A stretch of 64,000 nucleotides of DNA. Origin: Lama glama. Taxonomy: Eukaryota. Below, in pieces: positions 12,121 to 22,650 of the stretch; the stretch's first letter is position 1, and every line of letters begins with the position of its first letter. Below the pieces are notes generated by a model. The model was not told the origin of the DNA and searched no databases. It was given only the letters and a program-made list of their open reading frames with translations. The position numbers and the translations under genes were made by a program. The stretch lies in contig CM052817.1 of assembly GCA_028534125.1 (NCBI GenBank), forward strand, positions 5,272,001-5,336,000. The letters are read 5' to 3'.

Positions 12121-12585
12121 ATTTTTATTTTTAAATAGAACTTTTTATTGAGAGGACTATAGATCCATGTGCAGTTGTAGGAAATCACATAGACTCCCAT
12201 GTACACTTCCACCCCTACAGTAACATTTTACAAAACAGAGGGAGCATATAGCTCATGTGGTAGAGCACATGCTTAGCATGTAGGAGGTCCTGGGCTCAAT
12301 CCCCAGTCCCTGCTCTAAGAATACAAAAATAAATAAACCTATTTACTTCCCCCTCTGCCAAAAAAAAATCTATGTTCATTGTGGAAAATAAAGAATAGTA
12401 TTTAAGAAATTTTACAAAACGATAGCATATAACATTTTACAATAATTTTTATATTCACAACCAGGATAATAACTGATCCAATCCACCAATCTTATTCTGG
12501 TTTTCCAGTTTTATTTGTTCTTACCTCTGTGTGTGTGTGTGTGAAGTTCTGTGCAAACCTGTGTCTCCACCACAGTCAAGGTAAT
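12121..12585 (-). mobile_element. Old L1 (L1MC/MD-like) 3' fragment hosting a SINE
   Basis: AGATCCATGTGCAGTTGTAGGAAAT..CCCATGTACAC..TCACAACCAGGATA..ATCCACCAATCTTATTC. Confidence 0.65.
12237..12408 (+). mobile_element. tRNA-Ala-derived SINE (Vic-1-like) with extra 3' sequence
   Basis: ATATAGCTCATGTGGTAGAGCACATGCTTAGCATG..GGCTCAATCCCC; perfect 12-bp TSD ATTTTACAAAAC at 12225-12236 and 12409-12420. Confidence 0.9.
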
Positions 12586-13327
12586 CCTGCTGGAATCCTG
12601 TCATCTTAAAACTAGAAGTTCCCCCAGTTTGATTTTCTGTCAACATAGCAGACACACTAAGAGGCACTCAGTGATCTGCCCCCCTTGACTCAAACCCCAG
12701 CTCTACAGTTCAGCGCTGCGTGACCCTGGGCAGCCTCTTCAGTCTCATTTCCTCATCTGCAAAGTGGGGAAACGACAGCCCCCAGCACTCAACAAAGCAT
12801 TCCACAAACACAAGCTGTTAGTATGGCTTCCGGAAGTTAGCAATGGAAAAACTGAGGCCCTAGAAGCAAAGATGCTTAATCAGAATCACACACTGAGCTG
12901 GAGGCCCAGCCGAGGAGGGAGCCCAGGCAGACCAGGGCAGTAAGAGGCCCCGTGACCCGCAAGCCTGCGCTGGCCATGGACCAGCCGGACCTCTTTCGGG
13001 GATGACTGCACAGCCTCTGGAGGCTGCCCGCCTGTGCAAGTATCCCCACCATTGGCATCTGACTGAGACAAGTGACCTAAATTTCCTTGTGCCTCAACTG
13101 TCCCATCTGCAAAATGGGAATGGCAGTTGGCTGCAGTAAAGGATTTGGCGATGGAATCCACGTAAAGCAAAAACTAAGGGCTGGTATGTGTGTGGTTATA
13201 TTAACAGTAAGCCATTAATATGACTAGTGAGTGGCATGGTCTTAACTGATTTTTTTTTTATATTGTAGGGAACCCGCTGGGCTAGGAAGAGAAGGTGAGC
13301 AAACGTGACAAAGCCCAGAATTGTTCA

Positions 13328-13432
13328 GGCAGTTCTCTGCATCTGTGAATGTGGAACCCACGGGTACTCAAGGCCTCCTGTAGGACACCATTTTATTTAA
13401 GGGACTTGAGCAGCCGCAGATTTGGGTATTGA
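13328..13432. mobile_element. MER2-like TcMar-Tigger DNA transposon fragment
   Basis: CCATTTTATTTAAGGGACTTGAGCAGCCGCAGATTTGGGTAT resembles the MER2 terminal region. Confidence 0.65.
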
Positions 13433-13439
13433 GCGTGAG

Positions 13440-14200
13440 TGTGATGGGAAGGTTAGGGACTATTTAGCACAAAAGCAGTTAAGCAAGTTAAACAGAGATG
13501 GGAGTTTGTCAAAGAAAAGAGAAAAACAAGTTGCAAGAATTCTAAGTCAGAGTGAATCAGCAAACAGCTTTAGCATCAGGGAAGCCATTTTGTTAGTTAG
13601 TTTCCTACCCTTAGACGTGGGGTTCCTGGAACCACTCCCCCACGGGTAGCAGGGGGCAACCGAATGAGAGGAGCATGGAACGTTATTACGGAATCCGGCT
13701 ATATTCTGTGAGAACCGTAATAAACCATCAAAACTAAAGACCTGGAACAACTGAGCCAGTCCGATCCTCTCCAGTTTACAGGGAAAGCACAACTTCTCAT
13801 TCCTCCCGACAGAATTTCCTTCTTTTTGCCGCTGGATTAACTCTTCAATACAAAAAACTTCTGATCCTGTACTTGGAGCCTGCTGTTGAAATGTCATTTC
13901 CGAACAAACACACACAGGTTACAATCTTTTCTTCTCTCTGTCTCTGTCTCTGTCTCTGTCTCTCTCTCTTTTCCCCAAGATCAAAGGAGGCATTTGGGCC
14001 TTTAAGATAACATTCATTTGAAGAGAGATGGTAATATATAAGATTAATGAAAATTAACGTAAACCCTCTGAATAGAAGAGAGCTTTTGTTCAATCGTTTG
14101 TCCTGCTGTTAATTATGCTTTAGGTGGTGATAAATGCTTTAAATCAAGCGATGCCTTGAAAGCCATTTAAATGATTTTCACCTAATTAGGTTCCCTGCCT
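13440..14200. promoter_or_regulatory. Repeat-poor candidate enhancer next to a CpG island
   Basis: No interspersed repeat recognised; perfect TCF/LEF site AGATCAAAGG 13978-13987; palindromes CATTTAAATG 14164-14173 and ACCTAATTAGGT 14180-14191. Confidence 0.4.
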
Positions 14201-14224
14201 TGTTCTGAGCCTGGGGGATGCCTC

Positions 14225-14975
14225 CCTGCCGCTCCTGCTCCTCTGCAAACGTAAGGTGCCAGGTATCCGGGAACCCCCAGCTCCAGAACCAAGTTTCCCC
14301 GCTGCCACCGGCTCTGATTCTCCCCGGCGGGCGCAGGGCTGTGACCGACTTCGCAGGCGCGGCTTCGCAAACCAGAGATCAAAAGGAAATTTATCTGTTT
14401 CTGTCTCCCTTCAGCCTGTTACAACCAGACTTTATGACAAGACCCTATCAGCCTTAAAGCTGAGAAGGCCCCTGCACCGAGGGAAACGGAGAGCCCGGGA
14501 GAGGCCGAGCGAACGGTCACTGTCAGATCGGGGGCGCGAATCGCTGCGCGACCCCCAGCCGGCCCGGAAGGGGGTGGGGCAGCGGCAGGACAGGGAGGGG
14601 TGCCGGTTCGTGCAACCCCTAGGGGTCACTGACGTGTAAAGTCTCCCTTGCCCGCCTCCGGCTCTGTGCGTCTTAAAGAAACTGCCTAAAGGCGAACCGA
14701 TGCTCTGAAAGGGGCGGGTGGGGGTGAGGAGGTTCTCCAAACCTCCCAGAGAAGCAGGATCCTTCACCCCGAGGTTCGGGTGGGCCTTGAATTCTTCCCG
14801 CCACTGTGCAAGTTTTGGAATCAAATGACCTCCTCCTCCCGGGGGGTCCCCAGGATTGAAATCCAGCCCGTTCTCACTCAAGCGGGACCCGGTGCACCTT
14901 CAGTGGTCGCCGCCCTGCCTTCCTGCCTGGAAATGCCGACGTTAGCAGACATTTCGTTTGGAGGCAAATCGCCCC
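14225..14975. promoter_or_regulatory. CpG island, promoter-like
   Basis: High GC and CpG density; ETS CCGGAAG 14564-14570, CRE-like TGACGT 14630-14635, GC box GGGGCGGG 14711-14718. Confidence 0.75.
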
Positions 14976-15894
14976 CATCCCTCAGCCTGTAAAGCGCTGT
15001 GAAGCGCTGACCTGGCATTCTGACACCACATGATCTCTGATCTGAAGATGAATCCCAGTCAAAACCCAGTATCGCCATCACCTTTGTAGATTCCTGGTAC
15101 CCTTCTGTCTCCAACAGCTGAAAAATCACAAGGGTAGCAGCTCCCACTGGGTTTTCACCTCTTGCCACCCCCTCGGAAGCCAGAAGATACAACAAGGAAA
15201 ACGAAACAAAAATTCCTTCAATAGACACCTCTTCTAGCTTAAAAGAAAAGAAAAAAAAAAAAGAGCCAGTTCACGTTAGAAGCTGGAATCTTTGTCAGAG
15301 GGTTTCCCTCCTTTCATCCCGAACAATTCTTCCATTTACCATGCAGCGGGTTTCAGAACCCCCTGAAGTTGCAATTATTTGGACATTTTTGGAACATGTC
15401 TGTTAATGATTTGTGATCCTAAGGACTTATTTTGAATTAATTCCTCTTTTAAAGGGCAGTTTGGTCTCCCAATAAGGGGCAGACCCCCGAACACCACAGC
15501 CCCTGCCTTTGTGCTAAATGAACTTTTTAGAGGTTCCAGATGACGCCTGGCACCGGACAGAAGGAAGCCAGCCAGAGAGGTCAACGCTCTGGGCCAGCTT
15601 CCCGGGACGCCCCCCCACTCTCCTATCCCCCGACCTCCCCATCACTGGGCAGGAAACAGTGGCCCCCCAGAGTGAGGCATTTCAGAAATGCCTTTGAGAC
15701 AACAGACCCGGCCAGCAAGGCCTCCGTGAGCTCTCAGCAGGGGCAAAAATGGGCGATGGAGTCCCAAAGCCAGTGCTCCGCAGACACCCCCCTCAGCATC
15801 CCCACACCCTCCTGCTGCAAAGCGAAGCACATGGCTTCCCAGAGGCCCTTAAACACCTTCCCTCTCCTCAGCGACTTTTTTGTATTATGGCAAA

Positions 15895-16143
15895 ATTTTG
15901 AACTCCCGATCTATCCCTCCCCTAGTTTGTAGATAGACACTACTATATGCAAAATAGATAAACCACAAGGGCTTACTGTAGAGCACAGGGAACTATATTC
16001 AATATATTGTAATACATGCCTATAATGAAAAAGAATATGAAAAGGAACATATGTATATATATGTGTAACTGAATCGCTATGCTGTATACCAGAAACTAAC
16101 ACAATGTTGTAAATCGACTGTATGTCAATGAAAAAGGAAAAAA
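15895..16143 (+). mobile_element. Younger L1 3' end with short 5' inversion
   Basis: GAGCACAGGGAACTATATTCAATAT..CCAGAAACTAACACAATGTTGTAAATC plus A-rich tail; bases about 15895-15922 are L1 sequence in the opposite orientation. Confidence 0.85.
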
Positions 16144-16576
16144 TGGTTAAAAATATACACAACATAAAATTTATCATTAAAAGATTATCAAGCGGCATTA
16201 GGTCCATTCACACTGTTGTGCAGCCATCTCCACCATCCATCTCCAGAACTCTTCATCTTGGCAAAAACTGAAACTCTGTCCTCATTAAACTCTAACCCCC
16301 ATTCTCCCCTCCCGCAGCCCCTGGCCCCCTCCCTTCTACTTTCTGTCTCTGTGGGTTTGCCCACTCTAGGGACCTCATATAAAAGTAGAATTATACACTG
16401 TTTGATTTTTGTGACCTTTTTTGTGGCTGGCTTGTTTCACGTAGCATGATGTCCTCACAGTCCCATCCCTGTTACAGCAGGTGTCAGAATTTCATTCCTT
16501 TTTAAGGCTGAATTCTGTTCCCTTTTTAGGCAGAGACCACATTGTGTTTATCTGTTCATCCATCTTTGGATACATG

Positions 16577-17159
16577 TGAAATAGGAGGAAAGGGGGCAGG
16601 GCACAACCACTGAAGGAATGACACAGGAACTGAAGACAGGACACACTGGGTAGAACCAAGATGGCGGAATATTCAACTTCCAGTAGACCTTGAGCCTCCT
16701 GGCACAGCCACAGGCGCCAGGACAGTTCCTAAACTGACCGTGAAAGACCAGAAAGTGGGCAGGGAGGCGTTTCCTAGAAACCCTCACCCCTTCCGCAAAG
16801 TGGTTGTGATCATCCCCCTACCCGTTAGTATATGAAATTACCGAGCCCATAAAACCTACAAACCCCACACCCGATGGTCGCTCTCTCTCCGGCCTTCTGA
16901 GACGGCCCGCACTCTGTGGAGTGTGTATCTACTCTTACTTTAAGCTAACCTCCCCGCCCCATCTCCTGGTCTCTCTCTTTCTCACCTTTCTGAGACGGCC
17001 CGCATTCTGCCTATGGAGTGTGTATTTCCTAAGCCATTTCCCTTCTGCATGAGACAGACCCCGCTCTGTCTCTGGAGTGTGCATCTCTCTAAGTAAACTT
17101 ACTCTCCCTTTACTACGCCTCGCTCTTGAATTCTTTCCTGCACGTTTCCTTGTACAACA
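16577..17159 (+). mobile_element. ERV1 solo LTR, MER41-like
   Basis: TG...CA termini; 4-bp TSD CATG (16573-16576)/CGTG (17160-17163); MER41-like blocks CTCTG..TGGAGT, (A)GTAAACTT..CTTTACT and CTCGCTCTTGAATTCTTTCCTG. Confidence 0.85.
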
Positions 17160-17814
17160 CGTGTGTCACTTCCACCTTCTGCCTGTCGTGAATAACGCTG
17201 CTGTGCGCATGGATGTGCAATCTCTCTTCAAGTCCCTGCTTTCTGTTCTTTGGGGGTATCTACCGAGAAGTAGAATTGCTGGATCATGTAGTAGCTTCGT
17301 TTTTAATTTTTTTGAGGAACTGCCAGGCTATTTTGCATAGCACCTGAACCACTGTGTGTTCTCACCCACTGGGAACAAGGCTTCCAGTTCCCCCGCATCC
17401 TCCCCAACACTTGTTATTTCCAGTTTGTTTGATAGCAGCCATCCTAATGGGTGTAAAGTGGCATCTCCTTTTGGTGTTGGTTTGCATTTCTTTGATGATC
17501 AGCAACATCGAACATCTTTTCATGTGCTTGTTACCATTTATATCTCTTTTTTGGAGAAATGGCTACTCACATTCTTTGCCCATTTTTTTTTAATCAGATT
17601 GTTTGTCTTTTTTTTTTGTGGTTGAGTCATAGTTATTTATATAGTCTGGATATTAACCCATTATCAGATACATGACCTGCAAATACTTTCTTCCATTCAT
17701 AGGTTGCCTTTTCACTCTGTTGACAGTGTCCTTTTACACGCAAACGGTTTTAATTTTGATGGAGATCAATTTATCTGTTTTTCCCTTGGTTGCTCCTTTA
17801 TCATCCTTACCTCT

Positions 17815-18150
17815 AAGTCTTTACTTGTTCCCTCTGCCTGGAATACTGTTCCTTCACTTCTTAGCTGGGCAAACTCCTAGTAACTGTCAAGTCTCAATTT
17901 AAGGGCCACCTCCTGCAGGAAGTCTTCTCTGATAGCCCCAGGCTGGGATAGTTGCCCTTCCTCTTGGGTTCCTGGGATGAGGGACGTCCTTCAATCAGAA
18001 CACTTACCCAGTTATGTTATAATTGGCCCTCCCACCAGTATACACATTTACCACTAGACTGTGAATTCCTTTAGGGTAAGATGTATTTTCTAGTTCATTA
18101 ACCAAGTGCTGTGTTTGGCACATGAAAGACTCTCAATGAATATTTGTTCA
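17815..18150 (+). mobile_element. LINE-2 3' end
   Basis: TTCCCTCTGCCTGGAATAC, CCACTAGACTGTGAATTCCTT, TGGCACATG..CTCAATGAATATTTGTT. Confidence 0.75.
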
Positions 18151-18617
18151 TAGAAATAAGCTAATTCAGTGGCTCCAGATATTTTTCATTATAAAGGCCT
18201 CTTACATAAGGAAGTATTTCATAAATCCACACCTGATAGAAATGATATGTCCATGTTTGCATTAATTGAGAATATTCATGACAAAAACAATGAGTTTTTC
18301 AAATAAATGTTTCTTCTTAGTCCCAATAGTTTCAACAATCATTCCATTTACCACCATGCTAAGTGTGCTTAGAGATTCCAAGACTCAGAGCAACTGCTCA
18401 GTTTCTGGCCCCCTTCCTGGGATCCACAGCCCACAGACTGGGAACCACCACCAATTTTATTGATAGGAAAATTAAGTCTCAGAAGTGGAAAGCATACTGT
18501 CTCAGTGATTCCAGCAATGATATGTCCTAACATACCAACTGCAAAATCCTGCTCTGTTCTCTCAAAGGCTACCTACCATTACTGGACTCTGATCCAGATA
18601 CAGGATTGGGGAAAACA

Positions 18618-18997
18618 TGGTGGCCGTGGCATACACAAGGCTGTGGGTCCACCACCCCATTTCTTCTGCTCGGACACAACCTGGTCTACATTTCCCAGGC
18701 TCCCCTGTGGTTCAGCTGGGGACCATAGGACAGAGTTATGGCCAATGGAATATGGGCAGAGAGGGGTGGAAGCTGCACTCAGCCTGGTCCTTGAAAACAT
18801 CCTTTCCCTTCTCCTTCCAAGGTGGCCTTGGCAGCCATGTGGGACGTCCCGAGACACACGAAGCCTGGATCCCCAGTTACCACTTGCAGGAGAGCACCAG
18901 AGTGTGACACCAACTGCTACATACCTTCACTGTGTCAAGCTGCAGGATTCCTGGTTAACTTGTCACCTGGCACTGCCCAGCCTCTCCTGGCTAACGC
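18618..18997 (+). mobile_element. MaLR LTR (MLT1I/J-like)
   Basis: CTACATTTCCCAGGCTCCCCTG, GAGTTATGGCCAATGGAATATGGGCAGA. Confidence 0.7.
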
Positions 18998-19619
18998 GGC
19001 TTCTCTGGAGATGAGTAAAGTCACAAAAACTGGCTGCGAAGGTGCCTCATATGCTGGCGGGGTTCAGACTTCCAGCCCGGTGTTCTTTGCAACACACAAC
19101 CTCTCTGGGTTTTATCTCATTGATTTGATGGGACGCGGAGATGAGTGACAACTCCCTTGGTCCCCATCGGACTCCCCTCACAGTCCAGTGGCGGGGGCAG
19201 GGGCTGATAAGCAAAGCCAAGGTTCAGGCCGGGGACACAGGTGAGCCAGAAGTCAGTGTCAGAGCCACACGTGACACACTACCAGGAGATTAGCACAACC
19301 CACTATCTCTACAGGAAAGGTAAGTTACAAGCGACAAATCACAAGGGGAAAAATATCGCAAAAAACTTGGGTTCTGGAGTCCAACAAATCTGGGCTCAGT
19401 TCCTGCTTTGGCTACCTGAGAAGCACTTCGAGTCACTGAGCCTCAGGTTCCTCATTTGTAGAATAATAATTAGCAATACTAAATCAATCAATAGCCTTCT
19501 GTGTTTGCTGGAAGAGCCGAATGAGACTTGAAGCTCTTGCACAGTGGGTACAGAATAACTGTTACCACTATTACCACTCTATTATAAAAGCTTTGTAAAT
19601 TCTGAAGTTCTGTATATAG

Positions 19620-19820
19620 TCGTCTCAGCCCGCCGGGGCTGCTATACTGGATTACCACAGACTGGTTGCTTAGAAACAACATTTATTTCTCAGTGTTCTG
19701 GAGGCTGGGAAGCCCAAGATCAAGATGCTGGCAGACTCAGTGTCTGGTCAGGACCCACTTCCTGCTTCATTGACAGCTATCCTCTTCCTGGTCCCCACGT
19801 GGGGAAGGCGGCAGCTCTCT
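19620..19820 (-). mobile_element. MLT1A-like LTR fragment
   Basis: GGGCTGCTATA..TACCACAGACTGG..TTTATTTCTCA..TTCTGGAGGCTGGGAAG..AAGATCAAG. Confidence 0.8.
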
Positions 19821-22179
19821 TCCCCTCACCTGCTTCATCTCTGTGACATTTATCATCACCTTGTGTATTACAGGGTTTACTTTCTGATTCCTTTTCCTTC
19901 ATTTCAATATAAGCACCTTTGGAGTAGAGAGTTTGGGTCTGTTCTGTTCACTGCTATTTCTGTAATAGTGCTTGATTTGGGCGGTAGACATGCAAGAAAT
20001 GTTTTTTGAATGAACGAACGGAGAAGGTAAAGAATGAATGGGCCACTAGAGAAAGACCCTTGTCACTGGACAGGTTCTGAGTTGCCTTCCCAAGTGAGCA
20101 ATGAGGCAGACTCGGAGCTAGCCTGTCTCCGAAAGGAAATGGAAAATTCCTCCTCTCTGCGTGTGGAGAACACAGTGGACCTCCTGACTGCCTCTGGCTG
20201 GTGAGCTTGGTTCTAGGTTCATCTGATGGCTCACTCCCAACTGAGCTTTAAATTCGCATCTCTTATGGCATGAAAATAAATGCCCCAAAGTGTTGTGAAG
20301 TCCCACGTCTGAGAAGCTAGGTGGCCGTCGTGTATGGACTTGAATATGCTAGAGGCATCATGTCACCTTACCTGCAGCCCAGAAGGAGAAAAACTAGATG
20401 CAGAGATCGCATCTTTTCAGAAAAGGACTTGCACCATGAATGCAGCAACTGATTCGAGGCTGGTGACAGTGTTAAGTGAACAAAATCCATCTACCACCAT
20501 AAAGTAGTAGTTTAATGTGCAAATAAAATATTTCATAACCTTGTGCAATGATGGATGTGCTTCAAGACTGATGGCGACATATTCTGGAGAGATTTAGCAG
20601 GGATTCTATATTTAACAGAGATGAGAACTCAGAATGGATTTGTAGTTACCATTTTTTTTCTGGGAAGTTTTTGCTGCATCTCAGAAAACATGGACAAAGG
20701 AAAAAAAAACATGGACAAAAGGCCTTCTATAAAATTAAATTTAAGCCGATTGTTTCTCTTCCTGTCCAGGGAAACTGTCTCTATTTTCTGGGTTCCCTTG
20801 GCTGCGGAATGTAAACAGCCTCACCTCACCAGCAAGACATTTTGAAATTGTGAAGTGCTCATCAATTCAAATTAAATTGTGCCTATTTTTTTCTTTTTAA
20901 CCAAATCTGAATCAAAATGTTGGTTCTTAATTTCTATTTCTGCCTTTGGGAAGATCATTTTCATGAGCACTAGAGAGTACAACAAAGTTGATGCTTAAAC
21001 AAACTCAAAGGACAGACTCTGTTAGCAACGGCGTAACCGATAGTTAGCAGGAGTTGGGAAATTAAGTTGCATTTATACGGATTGATGCTGGCATCCAGGA
21101 GCCTCCCTGCATCTAGTGGGTCCTCGTGAGCATTCGGCAAAAAAGGGAGAGGGCTTGTCACATGCTGGTGGCGGGGAGGGGTTCGTGGTGGTGTCCATTC
21201 CTCCATCAGCCTGTCCAGTCCAGTGTAGTCACCTGCACCTTGTAAAGTGGATTTGCAGCTTTATATTATCTTGCTAGTTGTACGAATTCTAACAAGGACA
21301 CACAGCTGAACAGAATTCCTGCAAATAAACCACAGGTTGAAGACAACACAAAACACATAAGCCAGAGCAGACCAGAAGATGGCAGATCTGACACTTCTGT
21401 AAGTACGAGCTCTCTGTTGTCTCTTGGGTAAAAACCCTGACATCTAATCAGAGGCAACGGAAATGTGAGAGAGAAACACAGAGAGATAGAGAGAATTTCA
21501 TCATGAAAAACAAGCTATGGACCCACACTTGCTATCATTAACAATAAACTTCTCTGAATGATTGTGTATTGTGCCTGGAGATACTGGCTACAGATTTCAT
21601 GGAGTAAGAGATCTTTTTGAAAAAGCACACAAAACATCATTAATAATTTTTCTTTTAGGACTGGGAATGAAGAGAATAAAAATATTTTTTTAAGAAATCT
21701 TGTTTAATATTTTTTTAAAAGCCATTTTGAAATTTCTGCTCTTGTGTAAGGGTCGTAATATAGTTATAGTTCATATTTCATAGTTTATTCATAACATATT
21801 TATGTTATTATATAGTTATTACACATGTACCATTTTTAAATTTATATGGAATGCCGGCTCTGTTCGCCTGGAGTGTGTTCTTTGTGGGGTAAGTAATTTT
21901 TTTAAATGGAGACTAGAGTGATGGGGACGACACGTATGTCAACCATGAAGACGATGCAACGCTGCAGGCACCAGTTTAGTGATGCCAGCTACCTACTCTG
22001 TCTGCTCTCTTCTTTGCTGAGCGAACTCTGACTTTCCTCTCTGGGTGTCAATGTGCCTGCTAAAAAGTCGACCTTGTCCTGACTCTTTTGCATGAGACGT
22101 CCCCATGTGACAGCCTTCTGGCCAATGGCATGTGTTCTGATGATCTATTGCAGTGCTAAATAAATAAGTAAATAAATAA

Positions 22180-22650
22180 CCAACCAACCCGAACCTGGTG
22201 ACTTAGCTCAGCAACCACTATCTGGTTCCTTTATAATCCGAATGAGGGCAGGGCTCATCTTTCCTCTGCAGTGGTGTCAGCAGCGCAGCTCAGCTGGGCC
22301 TGGGGGTCTGTTTCCAAGATGGCACGTGCACACATGGCTGGCTAGTTGGCGCTGGCTGTAGGCTGGGGGCGCCAGTTCCTCTCCACATGGGCTTCTCCAC
22401 AGGGTGACGTGGGCCTCCTCCCAGCATGGCTACCTGGTTCCGAGAGAGAAGAGTCCGAAAGAAAGAGATAGGAACCAGAAGCTGCCTCTTCCTCACAGAC
22501 TCGCCCTGGAAAACCAGCTCAGCACCACTCCTGCTGCAGTCTACTGCTCAAGCAGTCCCTGAGCCCCCTCGTATTCAAGGTGACGGCACAGAGACCCCAC
22601 CCCTCAATGACAGGAGTGGCAAAGAATTCATGGCCATCTTTAACCTACCA
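22180..22650 (-). mobile_element. MaLR LTR (MLT1H-like)
   Basis: TTCCAAGATGGC..CACATGGCTGGC..GTTCCTCTCCACATGGGCTTCTCCACAGG..GGCCATCTTTAACCTACCA. Confidence 0.7.

Larger units (their letters stand above)
15875..17790 (-). mobile_element. L1MB-like 3' fragment hosting a younger L1 and an LTR
   Basis: CAACATAAAATTTATCATT..CCATCCATCTCCAGAACT..GGCTTGTTTCACGTAGCATGATGTC..GCAGCCATCCTAATGGGTGT; continuous across two nested insertions. Confidence 0.85.

Noticed and set aside
16895..17085. Repeat-spacer pattern superficially like CRISPR
   Set aside because: Only three diverged units with unequal spacing inside an ERV LTR in mammalian DNA; no cas genes.
18460..19014. 184-aa ORF
   Set aside because: Non-ATG start and runs across MIR and MLT1 repeats; no domain similarity.
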